A stretch of DNA of 29,449 nt from positions 1-29,449 of the IMG/VR virus record IMGVR_UViG_3300005764_000063, one strand, 5' to 3'. A model generated the notes under the pieces. The model was not told the DNA's origin, searched no databases, and was given only the letters and a program-made list of their open reading frames with translations. The DNA comes from a virus (taxonomy: Duplodnaviria > Caudoviricetes). The position numbers and the translations under genes were made by a program. Of this stretch, positions 7,911-16,951 are shown in pieces. Numbering within the stretch: the stretch's first letter is position 1; every line of letters begins with the position of its first letter.

Positions 7911-8465
7911 TTATACGGCTCTCCGGTTGACACGCTGCTGATGCCAGGTAGCCCACTGGACGTTCCCAATCGCATAGCTGCCGTCATTGTCAATCCGGTC
8001 GATGGAGTAAGCGAAGCGCAAACCGCTCTCCGTCCTGCCCTCAGGGCGCTGACCAAGCTCAGCCTCGATGTCCTCAATGAATGCTGCCACATCATGCCAG
8101 CGCAGGCAGACCGTGATGCCTCGCCCCCCATAATCCCGGTAACGAGGGTTGGCCGGATTCTCACAACGATCAAGCATCTTGCACCAGGTGGAGTACAACG
8201 GGTGATCTGCCAGGCCATGCACGCTGGCTTGCATTACCGGATTCTCCCGGCCCCGTTCACGCCGCAGGCATCCGCAGGAAAGGCAGGCCCCCCGTTCCCG
8301 CAGCCTGCCCAAAGGCCGCACATAAACCTGACCGCAATCACAGCGCAGCTCGGCTGCTTTCAGGTCACGCCTGCCAGTGCGCAGCCCTGTACGCAGAACC
8401 ACACCACGGCCAATCCGCTGACCCTCAATAATCTCTATCTGAGGAACATTGCCTGTCCTTGGCAT
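7911..8465 (-). CDS. HNH-type homing endonuclease-like protein
   Basis: CDCG...SCGC, YGGRGITVCLRW and SIDRIDNDGSY..GNVQWAT..QQ..NRR motifs. Confidence 0.85.
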   Translation of the reverse strand: MPRTGNVPQIEIIEGQRIGRGVVLRTGLRTGRRDLKAAELRCDCGQVYVRPLGRLRERGACLSCGCLRRERGRENPVMQASVHGLADHPLYSTWCKMLDRCENPANPRYRDYGGRGITVCLRWHDVAAFIEDIEAELGQRPEGRTESGLRFAYSIDRIDNDGSYAIGNVQWATWHQQRVNRRAV

Positions 8466-8489
8466 GCCGTCACTTTACCAGTTCCTGTC

Positions 8490-9182
8490 TCAGCAGCCAT
8501 CCGATGCCCAAGGAGCTGGACCGTAGTGAGCATACTCCCACTGAAAGGCAGCGTACTGGGCACTAGCTGGGGCGGTTTGCGCTCCGCTGGGGTATTGGCT
8601 CCCATAAGGGGTTCCCAGCCAGCTCGAAAGCAGGAACTGAAACAGGCCGCCCGCTCCCGAGGTGGGGTTGACCGCCGTGGGATTGCCCCCGGATTCGTGA
8701 GCGATCACACACGCCTCAAAACTGCTGATGCCCGCTGGGGCGGTGGAGGTGGCTGGGACGCTCTGTGCGGGCGCTGGAGTGGCCACGGGCTGCGGGGCTG
8801 GCACCTGGGCCGCTGCGGCTCTGGCGGCCTTTCTGGCGGCTCTGGCGCGCTCCAGGCGGCGGTAGCGGCGGGCTGCCAGCGTACCGGTGGCGTGGCGGGC
8901 AGAGGTGTCCTCGTCCAGCACGGTGTGGTACTGGGGCACCGGGGTATCGCCTTCCAGGGTCTGGCCCTGCCCCGCTGCGGATCCGGACATGTCCCGGGCG
9001 CTGGGGGAGAACCCGGTGCCATGGGTGAAGGCGGCGGCCAGGGCGATGAATACCGCACCGGCCAGGACAGCAAACAGCCAATCCCGCCTTGAGCGGGGGT
9101 GGCTATGGCGTGGCTTGTAATCAGGTGCTGAGCCTGAGACTAGGCGGCTCTTGGGGCCAGCTTGATGATCTCCATATGACAC
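8490..9182 (-). CDS. Membrane-anchored/secreted lytic transglycosylase, Rpf/SceD-like
   Basis: N-terminal hydrophobic segment, Ala/Pro linker, and C-terminal CVIAHESGGNPTAVNPTSGAGGLFQF...W...Q...GPAPW with the catalytic Glu. Confidence 0.85.
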   Translation of the reverse strand: MSYGDHQAGPKSRLVSGSAPDYKPRHSHPRSRRDWLFAVLAGAVFIALAAAFTHGTGFSPSARDMSGSAAGQGQTLEGDTPVPQYHTVLDEDTSARHATGTLAARRYRRLERARAARKAARAAAAQVPAPQPVATPAPAQSVPATSTAPAGISSFEACVIAHESGGNPTAVNPTSGAGGLFQFLLSSWLGTPYGSQYPSGAQTAPASAQYAAFQWEYAHYGPAPWASDGC

Positions 9183-9372
9183 GAAGTTCCAGACCTAGAA
9201 GGGCACCCGCTACACACCTGGCGGCTATCGCGGGCCTGGGACAGCAAAAGGCCGTCCCGTAATGCTCGTCTCAGCATTGACGGGGCAGCCCCGGTACACA
9301 GGGATAATCGGGAGTTTGGCATTACCGCAGGTTAGGGGTAATGGCATCCTCATGCCTGGTGGTACGGAAAAA

Positions 9373-9420
9373 CCTGCGGGCCGCGCTTCCGGGGGAGTCT
9401 GGCAAAGCGCGGCCCGCAGG
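9373..9420 (-). terminator. Intrinsic terminator
   Basis: 16-bp stem CCTGCGGGCCGCGCTT/AAGCGCGGCCCGCAGG followed by TTTTT on the minus strand. Confidence 0.85.
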
Positions 9421-9439
9421 GGCGTTAAGGGGGGCTGGA

Positions 9440-10147
9440 TCAGCAATGCGCGGCGTCCGGGGCAAGAATATTCCCGTCAGCCGCGTTCACCCCCCAGTCC
9501 GGGGAGGCGTCCACCCACCGGCCGCTGACGTTCTTGCAGTCACTGTCGGAGCCCAGTGCGGCGGTGTAGCTCCAGGAGCCCGTAGTGCCCAGGTACTCGC
9601 TGCCGCCAGTGGCCCCGGTGGTGTCCCAGAACTGGGTGCCACCGGAGAAGAACTGCTCAGGCCAGACGCCAGTACCGGGGGAATCCCCGTCCACCGAGGG
9701 AACCGCCGTGCCGTCGAACGCGGCGAGGGACTTGTTCGTGTAGAAGTCGAACGAGAACGTCCCGGTCATGGCCCCGGTGACCGCCACCCCGATGTCCGGG
9801 ACGGAACCGCCGTTGAGGCTGCCGTTGCCGGGAACCGGATTGCCGGGAACCGTGGTGAACGTGCCCTTGTCGTGGATGGTGCCGGTGATGTGGTAGCAGG
9901 CGCCGATGGTGATGCCGGGGCAGTTGCTGTTGGCCACAACTCCCTTGCTGAACAGGGTCAGGGTGCGGGTGAAGTTGTCAGTGGCCCAGTTGCCGCCGTT
10001 GGCACCGCTGTCATCCCGGTTCGTCACCGTCGTGCTGGCGGTGTGCAGGGCGGTGGTGGCCCCGGCCGGGCCGGGCTGTACGGCCAGAACCACTGCTGCG
10101 GCGACTGCGGCTGCTGCGATGAGCGTGGCGAGTCTTACTCGCGTCAT
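9440..10147 (-). CDS. Secreted protein of unknown function
   Basis: Signal peptide (RVR + hydrophobic stretch + AGA), T/G-rich beta body, 4 Cys; RBS GAGAGG. Confidence 0.7.
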   Translation of the reverse strand: MTRVRLATLIAAAAVAAAVVLAVQPGPAGATTALHTASTTVTNRDDSGANGGNWATDNFTRTLTLFSKGVVANSNCPGITIGACYHITGTIHDKGTFTTVPGNPVPGNGSLNGGSVPDIGVAVTGAMTGTFSFDFYTNKSLAAFDGTAVPSVDGDSPGTGVWPEQFFSGGTQFWDTTGATGGSEYLGTTGSWSYTAALGSDSDCKNVSGRWVDASPDWGVNAADGNILAPDAAHC

Positions 10148-10188
10148 GAATCAGGTTTCCTCTCTTGTCAGCTGATGCTGTCTGGCGG

Positions 10189-10353
10189 TTATACCGGGCT
10201 GCCAGCCTGCACGATTCTGGCCGACACCAGGCACCCCAGGCCGATTCCCACGGACTGGACGGCTGCTGTCAGCGGCAGCCCGGCCGCGCCTATGAGCGCC
10301 CCCCACCCGAGCACCAGCAGCACGATGACCGCTGTTCTCCGCATCTCGCTCAT
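10189..10353 (-). CDS. Small membrane protein (54 aa)
   Basis: MSEMRRTAVIVLLVLGWGALIGAAG..., RBS GGGGAG; below the ORF-track length cutoff. Confidence 0.5.
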   Translation of the reverse strand: MSEMRRTAVIVLLVLGWGALIGAAGLPLTAAVQSVGIGLGCLVSARIVQAGSPV

Positions 10354-10397
10354 TGCCCTGCTCCCCTGCTTCCGTTCTCTGAGTAGCTTGTGCTATC

Positions 10398-11087
10398 TCA
10401 GGGTGATACCGGGACCGGGGAACGGAGGGCCGTCAGCAGCGCCCGTGCCGTCATGCCCTCCGCACCGGCCAGCAGCTGGGCGATGTCCCAGGGCGTCACG
10501 TAGCCGGGCCACCGCCCGTCCGCGAACAGGTGGTTCCCGGCCTGGGCGTAGATGTAGTCCCACAGCTGGCTGCAGATCATGTGGGCCGAGTTCTTCACGT
10601 AATCTTTCAGGGCATTGTCCAGCGGGTGCAGCCGCAAGCGGTGGGCGGCCAGCGCGAGGTAATCCGCCGCCGAGTACGGCGTGCCCTGAAGCGCGATGAG
10701 GCGGGGAGACATCGCGGCCCGCTCGGCCGGGGTGACTTTGACCTTCCCGGTGCTCCACAGGCTGCCGGGTATCTCCTCGGGCCTTCCCGGCAGCAGCCTG
10801 AATCTCGCGCCACCCGGCTGGGCCTCAAACACGTAGTGGCCGGTGCCGGTGACGATCGCTGAATCTCCCGCCCCGGTGAACGACACATACCGGGGATCCC
10901 AGGCGCCGGGCGGCTTCTCGTACCATCCCGCGTACCCGAGGACGTGCCGGTAGCTGGTCCAGCCCTGGGAGCCGTTCATCCACTCGCCCAGCGCAATCCC
11001 AGCACCTGCGGCACCGCGCACCGGAACAGCGGCGAAATCGCACAGCCGGACAGCGGTGTACGCCGGATCGGTCTTCTTCAGTGGCAT
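10398..11087 (-). CDS. Permuted NlpC/P60 (YiiX/YaeF-like) papain-fold enzyme
   Basis: His (YRHVLGY) precedes Cys (MICSQL); EAQPGG, GTPYS and VTPWD motifs. Confidence 0.8.
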   Translation of the reverse strand: MPLKKTDPAYTAVRLCDFAAVPVRGAAGAGIALGEWMNGSQGWTSYRHVLGYAGWYEKPPGAWDPRYVSFTGAGDSAIVTGTGHYVFEAQPGGARFRLLPGRPEEIPGSLWSTGKVKVTPAERAAMSPRLIALQGTPYSAADYLALAAHRLRLHPLDNALKDYVKNSAHMICSQLWDYIYAQAGNHLFADGRWPGYVTPWDIAQLLAGAEGMTARALLTALRSPVPVSP

Positions 11088-11143
11088 CTCAGTCTCTCCC
11101 CTTCTAGGCTGGGCTCTGCCAGTGCTGGATCTATCTCGCTGGG

Positions 11144-11494
11144 CTAGTGGCCGCCGATGTTGCGGTGGAGATCGGGCCGGGGATTGAGCGTCTCATGAAT
11201 CTCACCGGCATTGCCCGGAAGGGCCGGGACCGGAATCTCACAGCCGGGGTGGCCGCAGCAGCCGGTGACTGAATCTCCCGGGGTGTTCTGGGCTGTGAGC
11301 TGGCGGGCTATCTCGCGCCACATGGCTGCGGGAACCACCACGGCTTCCATCTCGGCGGTTCTCAGTTCAAGGGGAATCCCGAGCTGGCCCAGGGCCCGCT
11401 GCACCGATGGGTGCGCCAGCCCGGCCGGGGAGACGTGGTTCACCGGCATGCCGTCCGGCTTCAGGTTCTGCCCTGCGATGATCATGCGAATCAC
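11144..11494 (-). CDS. Hypothetical protein
   Basis: GTGA overlap with the upstream gene. Confidence 0.55.
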   Translation of the reverse strand: MIRMIIAGQNLKPDGMPVNHVSPAGLAHPSVQRALGQLGIPLELRTAEMEAVVVPAAMWREIARQLTAQNTPGDSVTGCCGHPGCEIPVPALPGNAGEIHETLNPRPDLHRNIGGH

Positions 11495-11685
11495 ATCCCC
11501 AGCTTCTTCTTCCTGGCCTTCAGCTGAGCCTTCTGAATCTTCTCAAACGCGAGCTGCCGCCTAGCGGCCCTGCCGGTGAGTATCCGGCCGCGCGGTGTGC
11601 GGGCCGCTGGCTTGCCCACGAACTCCTGGCGCTTCTCGGGCTTGACAGGCTTGATGGTGGGCTTGGGATTCTTCTCGCGGGCCAC
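11491..11685 (-). CDS. Small basic protein
   Basis: K/R-rich, tightly packed in the operon. Confidence 0.6.
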   Translation of the reverse strand: MAREKNPKPTIKPVKPEKRQEFVGKPAARTPRGRILTGRAARRQLAFEKIQKAQLKARKKKLGM

Positions 11686-11687
11686 GG

Positions 11688-12197
11688 CTAGCCCTTCCCG
11701 GGCGGCAGCAGAGGGTTCAGCTGCACCTGAAAGGCGCGCTCCGCCCGCTCATCGGTAACCCAGCCGCTGGGCGGCTCAAGATCGCAGTCCACAGTGATTT
11801 CCCAGGTGCTTCCCCTGGTCTTAACCCCGAAGTAAGCGCCGGGGCGCTTCACCGGGGACCGCCAGCACTCTGCGCCGTCCGGGCCGCAGACAGCGAACCT
11901 GCCACCCACGGCACCGGTCATGGAGGCATCCGCCAGGGCCGTGACGATCATGGCCGGGCCCTGGGTGAACTCGCCGTGGCCGAACCGGATGCGGGTGATG
12001 GGAACGCGGCCGATCCCGCCCGCATCCAGGTAACCGATGGTGGGCTGCAGGGTGCAGCAGTGCCCGGAAGCCTGGAGCAGGAGATGCTGGGCGCGGGACT
12101 TCAGGGACTTCAGCCGCCAGAACGAGACCCGGGTTTTAGTGATGGTGGTGTCCTCCCAGAACTGGGGGCCAGCGGGGACATGCCCGCTGGCGTTCAC
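11688..12197 (-). CDS. Hypothetical protein
   Basis: GTGA overlap with the upstream HNH gene. Confidence 0.55.
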   Translation of the reverse strand: MNASGHVPAGPQFWEDTTITKTRVSFWRLKSLKSRAQHLLLQASGHCCTLQPTIGYLDAGGIGRVPITRIRFGHGEFTQGPAMIVTALADASMTGAVGGRFAVCGPDGAECWRSPVKRPGAYFGVKTRGSTWEITVDCDLEPPSGWVTDERAERAFQVQLNPLLPPGKG

Positions 12198-12571
12198 GGG
12201 GTGCCGCCCTCATCCGGAATCAGGTGGGTGGTGTTCTGCCCCCGGGCATACCCGAATCCCAGGGCTGCGGCCCGGTACTGGGCCTTGCGGGGCGGGTGCT
12301 TCAGGAACGCCTGCTGGGCGGCGGTGAGCGTGGCGCCCTCAAACTCCAGCCGCATGAGGTACAGGATCCGGTGAATCGTGTAGTGGCAGCTATCGCACAC
12401 CTGGACGAGGTTGGCGGTGACGGTCTGGCCACCTGCCTCCTTCGGGAGCAGGTGGTGCCACACGAACCGGCACGGAAGCGGGGAGTGGGACCGGCTCGCT
12501 GAGCACCGGGTGGCCGGGGTACCCGCGAACAAGACCAGGGCGTCATGGCCGGGAATGATGGTATCTGTCAT
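12194..12571 (-). CDS. Small HNH endonuclease
   Basis: WHHLLPKEAGGQTVTANLVQVCDSCHYTIH motif. Confidence 0.8.
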   Translation of the reverse strand: MTDTIIPGHDALVLFAGTPATRCSASRSHSPLPCRFVWHHLLPKEAGGQTVTANLVQVCDSCHYTIHRILYLMRLEFEGATLTAAQQAFLKHPPRKAQYRAAALGFGYARGQNTTHLIPDEGGTP

Positions 12572-12590
12572 GGGGGTGTTACCGGGGGGG

Positions 12591-12728
12591 CTAGTGCAGG
12601 TGCAGGCTGGAAAAGAACGTGCCGATGGAGCTGAGCGCGGTGTGCAGGAACGAGGCCATGCTCTGCGGGGCGTAGATCAGCAGGGCAACGAGGATGGCGC
12701 CAATCAGGACTTTTTTCCAGGTCTCCAC
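12591..12728 (-). CDS. Small membrane protein (45 aa)
   Basis: RBS GAGGAG; METWKKVLIGAILVALLIYAP... Confidence 0.6.
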   Translation of the reverse strand: METWKKVLIGAILVALLIYAPQSMASFLHTALSSIGTFFSSLHLH

Positions 12729-12738
12729 AGGATTCTCC

Positions 12739-13032
12739 TCAGCCTGACATGGCTGCCCAGAGCGTGGCCACGGTGACCACCAGGCACCACGCCGCCAAAG
12801 CGGCGGTCAGCCACCTGAGCCGGGACAGCCGCAGTTCCAGGGACAGCTGCCGGGTCTCCAGGGCCTCCAGGCGGGCCTGGGTGGCGTCCGGAAGGGCGGC
12901 GGGGGCCTTCTTGTTCATGGCTTTGCCCATCGCAGTCGTGGCGGTGGCCAGGCGGGTCACCGCCTTGTCAATCTCGTATGAGGCGGCAATGGGGTAGCGG
13001 CCTTCGGCGGGGACATGCTCCGGATGCATCAT
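12739..13032 (-). CDS. Coiled-coil protein with C-terminal TM
   Basis: ATGA overlap with the upstream stop; heptad repeats followed by a hydrophobic tail. Confidence 0.6.
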   Translation of the reverse strand: MMHPEHVPAEGRYPIAASYEIDKAVTRLATATTAMGKAMNKKAPAALPDATQARLEALETRQLSLELRLSRLRWLTAALAAWCLVVTVATLWAAMSG

Positions 13033-13499
13033 GCCGGTGTTACCGGGGCCTGGGAGCCGGGCTTCGGGGCGGCGGGACCGGTGGCACCGCAAGTGGTGCA
13101 CCGGAACTCGTAAGGCTGCTCTTCCAGGGGGCTGGAATCAAGCGCTATGGGCATCCGGCGTACTTCCACGGACCCAGCTTCGCCACACTCCGGGCAGGGG
13201 GTGGGGACCAGGAACCAGCCTGGGGAGCCCTCAGCGGCGCTGTAAGACTCGGTGAGGACGTACTGGCCATCGCGGCACAGCAGCCACTTCCCAGCGCCCT
13301 GCGGGCGCTCCGGGGCCCGGAAAGCCGCCTGTCCTTCAGGGGAAGGGTCAATCCCGTGGAAGCACAGGGTGCCGTTCGCATGAGACCCCTGCGGGGTCAG
13401 CTCGGAACCATCACCCAGAACCGCATTGCTGAGGTCCGGGCCGGGCGGTACCGCACTCTCCAGTTCTTCCTGACTGGGTGCCGGGTCTATCTCAGCCAC
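13029..13499 (-). CDS. Zinc-ribbon hypothetical protein
   Basis: CPECG...CTTCG; GTG start after GGGAG. Confidence 0.55.
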   Translation of the reverse strand: MAEIDPAPSQEELESAVPPGPDLSNAVLGDGSELTPQGSHANGTLCFHGIDPSPEGQAAFRAPERPQGAGKWLLCRDGQYVLTESYSAAEGSPGWFLVPTPCPECGEAGSVEVRRMPIALDSSPLEEQPYEFRCTTCGATGPAAPKPGSQAPVTPA

Positions 13500-13637
13500 T
13501 GCGCTTCTCCCGCTCTTCAGCAATCCCAGGGCCGGTATGGCCCACTGGCCCCTCCGGGGCCGTTCTGCCTGCTATCTCGCTCAGGCCGGAAACTGGTAAT
13601 TCACCGCGCGCCCAACCCAAGGGTTTTATACGGATGA

Positions 13638-13685
13638 GGCACTGAGCTGCCCTCCGCTGGAGGTGGGTTTGGGCAGCTCAGTGCC
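13638..13685 (-). terminator. Terminator-like hairpin
   Basis: 15-bp perfect stem GGCACTGAGCTGCCC/GGGCAGCTCAGTGCC after the end of the operon. Confidence 0.7.
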
Positions 13686-13697
13686 AGCTTATCGGGC

Positions 13698-13985
13698 CTA
13701 GACAGGCTCCTGCCTGAAGTTAGGAGCATCAGTCCTGCCGTTAGCGGACAGCAGCCGATATGCAGCGTTGGTCCTATCAATGATCATGGCCAGGTCAGCC
13801 AGGGCCCCATCCGCGTTCAGCTTCTCGCTAGCCAGGGAACTGCGCAGGTCCGGAGCTACGGAAATAATCTCCTGCAGCCAATGCCGGGCCATGATCCTGC
13901 GGGACCAGGGAATGGTGGCCATGGCCCGCATGGTGGTGACCTCACGGCGGGGCATGGTGTTGGGCTTCGGTACTGCGGGCATCAC
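13698..13985 (-). CDS. Hypothetical protein
   Basis: Last gene of an operon with overlapping start/stop codons. Confidence 0.6.
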   Translation of the reverse strand: MMPAVPKPNTMPRREVTTMRAMATIPWSRRIMARHWLQEIISVAPDLRSSLASEKLNADGALADLAMIIDRTNAAYRLLSANGRTDAPNFRQEPV

Positions 13986-14332
13986 ACAGCCTCTATGTCT
14001 TCAGGGCCGACCACGATGTACGGGAACGGCCAGCGCCTGCCCTGGGCCACCGTGTACGGCAGCAAGCTCAGGTGCACCCGGCCATGCGGGAAGGCGAACG
14101 GCTGCTCCAGAGTCTCCCTGCGGTAGGCGCGGGCGTCCCGGTCGTCAGGCATGTTGGAACTGATCCGGTGTGTGATCTGAGCCATGGACGAGTCCCGGAG
14201 GCTCGCTGGCGGGCTATCTGGCAGCGGGCTGTCAGCCAGGATCACCAGAGCCCGGTGACCGTGCAGCGGGTGCCCAGAGCCGCCTGCGGTGATCCGCACT
14301 TCCATGTCGTCTTTCACTTCATTCAGGTTCAC
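13982..14332 (-). CDS. Hypothetical protein
   Basis: GTGA overlaps at both ends. Confidence 0.6.
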   Translation of the reverse strand: MNLNEVKDDMEVRITAGGSGHPLHGHRALVILADSPLPDSPPASLRDSSMAQITHRISSNMPDDRDARAYRRETLEQPFAFPHGRVHLSLLPYTVAQGRRWPFPYIVVGPEDIEAV

Positions 14333-14724
14333 GGCTGGACCTCGCCCACCACGCTCACCTGGCCGTACACACGCCAGCCAATCATCTCATCATGCTTGGT
14401 CACGTCGTTGAGAACGTCGGTCAGGCGGGATGCCACTTCCTCGTTCGTAGGCTCGGAGCCCTCGTCCTTGGCTTCCACCGTCAGGTGCAGTACTAGACGC
14501 CTCATTTGCTGCTGCCCTTCCTTCTGACCCATCTCATGAGCCTCGGCAGCGTCCGCGCAAGCCAGGATGTTGCGGGCCAGCTTCCGGGCCTGGGCGGCGG
14601 TGTACTCGCCATGCCCGACATTGACCCGGGTACCTTCCTCCAGCACCCAGGCCTTGGTACCCAGGCCAACCCCGCTGGACGGCGCTACCGTCTCGGGCTC
14701 AGCCAAAACCAGAATCTTTGCCAT
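14329..14724 (-). CDS. Hypothetical protein
   Basis: RBS GAGG; operon packing. Confidence 0.65.
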   Translation of the reverse strand: MAKILVLAEPETVAPSSGVGLGTKAWVLEEGTRVNVGHGEYTAAQARKLARNILACADAAEAHEMGQKEGQQQMRRLVLHLTVEAKDEGSEPTNEEVASRLTDVLNDVTKHDEMIGWRVYGQVSVVGEVQP

Positions 14725-14727
14725 CTC

Positions 14728-16185
14728 TTACCTCACCAGTTTCTGCAGCTGCTTGCTTGCCTTCAGCGGAGCTGTTTCCGGTCCCTTTAGAAAGGGCTTC
14801 ACCCAAGTGATGCGGATGTCCTCACCACCGCGCCAGCAGATAGCGCACACCTCATGGCTATCCCCAGCAATCCCAGCGCCTCTCATGGGCACCGCATGGT
14901 GGTGCAGGCCAAGGTAGGAGTCGATGTGCCTGTAGTGCCCGGAGACCAGCCACCTGCAGCTCCAGTCGATGTGCCGGGCTTCGTGGTCGTCTGTCGGCTG
15001 CGGGGCGATCCTGGCCCGCCTGAGCAGCACCACGTTCACATCGTTCTGCTTGATGCTCCTGAACCAGGCCTTGCGCTTGTCGCCACTGCCCGGCTGCAGT
15101 TTGCGCTGAGCGACTACCTCAGTTCCCATGAACATCCAAAGCGCATACAGCCAGGCAATCATGTTGTCCGGCTCGTGGTTACCGGGGACGCCGTCAGGGT
15201 GCGGCGCCTTGCCGAAGCTCCACGGGTGGCGCTCCCCGTACAAGGCAACGAAGGTGTGCGAGAGGGTCAAGTCCCCGAACTTCTTGAGCTGGTCCCACTC
15301 CTCCCACAGATAATCCCAGGCACGGCGCGGGTCCAGGCCCTGGGCCACCAGGTCTTCCTCATACCCCGTGGCCTGCTCAGAGTCCTGGGCTGCCTGCAGC
15401 AGTACCCGGTCATCGTCAATGTGGCTCCAGGTAGACAGCCGGATACCGGGCTCGTAATGCACGGGCGGTTCCACTGTGCGGCCCAGGGCATCGGTGGTCT
15501 CGTTCGGGTAAGTGACCTTGGCTGTCACCGGGGACCAGGTGATGACCCGCTCTGAGACCTTCCGGCCCCATTTGTCAGTGATGAGCACCGGCTTGTCCAG
15601 CCAGATGAACCCGGAAAGAGCAGGCAGCATAGCCTCCTCAATGTGGAACAGGCCCTGGGTTGACTGCTCGTACAGCCCGGTCACCGCGTCCACCATCTCG
15701 GCGGTCACCTGAAAGCTGGTAGCCCCGGCCAAAGGCCTAGCCACATCCATGCACCAGCGGTGCGCGTCTTCCAGGGACCGGCCAGGCAGGTACGGGTGGA
15801 ACATCATCTGCTCGGTGTAGTCCGCCTTGCCCAGCTTCATGATCTGGTTGTGGAACGCCCTGCGGGCAAAGGCATGGATGAAAGCCCCGTAACCATTAAG
15901 GCCTCGCTGCGGGTGAGCCAGAGCATCGTGGAGCTTTGCCTGCTGCCGCAGCACCTCACCAGGCTTCAGGGCCAGGATGGTGCCTGAGAACTCCCGGGGC
16001 ATGACGATCCCCTTGAGGATCCTGCCGTCCTCCCCTACTTCGGACAGCGGTGAGAGCGCGGTGTTGAAACCCATAGCTTCGCTGGCTTCAGGCTCAGGCA
16101 CCGGGGGCAGGTCAGCCTGCTCCGGGTACATCATGGCCATGGCCAGATCCACGGCAGGGGAGCCACTGCTCTGCTTCCTAGTCAC
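14728..16185 (-). CDS. Large hypothetical phage protein
   Basis: 485 aa; C-terminal RWLVSGHYR...WVKPFLKGP motif that recurs in uncharacterised phage proteins. Confidence 0.75.
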   Translation of the reverse strand: MTRKQSSGSPAVDLAMAMMYPEQADLPPVPEPEASEAMGFNTALSPLSEVGEDGRILKGIVMPREFSGTILALKPGEVLRQQAKLHDALAHPQRGLNGYGAFIHAFARRAFHNQIMKLGKADYTEQMMFHPYLPGRSLEDAHRWCMDVARPLAGATSFQVTAEMVDAVTGLYEQSTQGLFHIEEAMLPALSGFIWLDKPVLITDKWGRKVSERVITWSPVTAKVTYPNETTDALGRTVEPPVHYEPGIRLSTWSHIDDDRVLLQAAQDSEQATGYEEDLVAQGLDPRRAWDYLWEEWDQLKKFGDLTLSHTFVALYGERHPWSFGKAPHPDGVPGNHEPDNMIAWLYALWMFMGTEVVAQRKLQPGSGDKRKAWFRSIKQNDVNVVLLRRARIAPQPTDDHEARHIDWSCRWLVSGHYRHIDSYLGLHHHAVPMRGAGIAGDSHEVCAICWRGGEDIRITWVKPFLKGPETAPLKASKQLQKLVR

Positions 16186-16637
16186 GAGGGAATCACATCC
16201 CCAGGCTGCGCCGGTCCAGCGAATCCCAGCAGGTCAGCAGCACCCTGCAGCTGCGCAGCAACCTGCTGAAGGCCCGCGATCCGGAGCAGAAGCTGTTCCG
16301 CCTCGTCCACATGCAGGCTGATCATGGGGAAGCTGGCCGTGCCCCGGTGGGTGTCCTCGTAGCTGGCACTGATGCCGAGCTGGGCCAGCGCCTCAATGAT
16401 CTTGGCTGCCCGCTCCGCGCGCTCCTTGCACAAGGCCACCACCTCGGGCAGATGGCCGTGACAAGCCTCGCAGTTGACGGCCATCCGGTTCCGCGTGGTG
16501 ATGTGCTCATAGACCGTACCGTTCAGATAGCCAGTCACCTTGACCCGGCCAGCTTCCGGCGCACCGATGCACCGGATCCAGGGTTCGGGCTTGTCATCCG
16601 GCCACCAATGCCGAATCACCTTCCGTGTTGTGTTCAT
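16182..16637 (-). CDS. Hypothetical protein
   Basis: ATGA overlap; CEAC motif. Confidence 0.6.
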   Translation of the reverse strand: MNTTRKVIRHWWPDDKPEPWIRCIGAPEAGRVKVTGYLNGTVYEHITTRNRMAVNCEACHGHLPEVVALCKERAERAAKIIEALAQLGISASYEDTHRGTASFPMISLHVDEAEQLLLRIAGLQQVAAQLQGAADLLGFAGPAQPGDVIPS

Positions 16638-16951
16638 AGCGCGTCCCGATCAATCTGGTAATCATCCATCAGGTCATACACGGACTCCAGCAGCTGGGCC
16701 TTCTTGTCCCAGGCCTCGCTCGGCCCGGCGTAGACCAGCGGTTCCGTCCAGCCTGCTGCCTTCAGCAGATCCCAGAGCTTGCCCTGGAACTGCAGCGCCA
16801 GCTCCGTTTCAGCGAGCTGCCGCCTACGGGCTTGTTCCTGCTCCCGGGCTCTCCGTGCCACATCCTCGCGCCGGGCCAGTTCGTAATTGGCCGCCCGCAG
16901 TTGCTCATCCGTCAGCCCCTGAATAGCTGGGTCCTTGATGCCCTCGCTCAT
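16634..16951 (-). CDS. Hypothetical coiled-coil protein
   Basis: ATGA overlaps at both ends. Confidence 0.65.
   Translation of the reverse strand: MSEGIKDPAIQGLTDEQLRAANYELARREDVARRAREQEQARRRQLAETELALQFQGKLWDLLKAAGWTEPLVYAGPSEAWDKKAQLLESVYDLMDDYQIDRDAL

Noticed and set aside
9183-9370. c-di-AMP (ydaO) or TPP riboswitch upstream of the Rpf-like gene
   Set aside because: The c-di-AMP consensus blocks are absent; GCTGAGA is present but the remaining TPP core is missing.
13500-13625. Riboswitch in the 125-nt leader after CCGTATAA
   Set aside because: Only short GC-rich stems, as expected by chance; no recognisable consensus.
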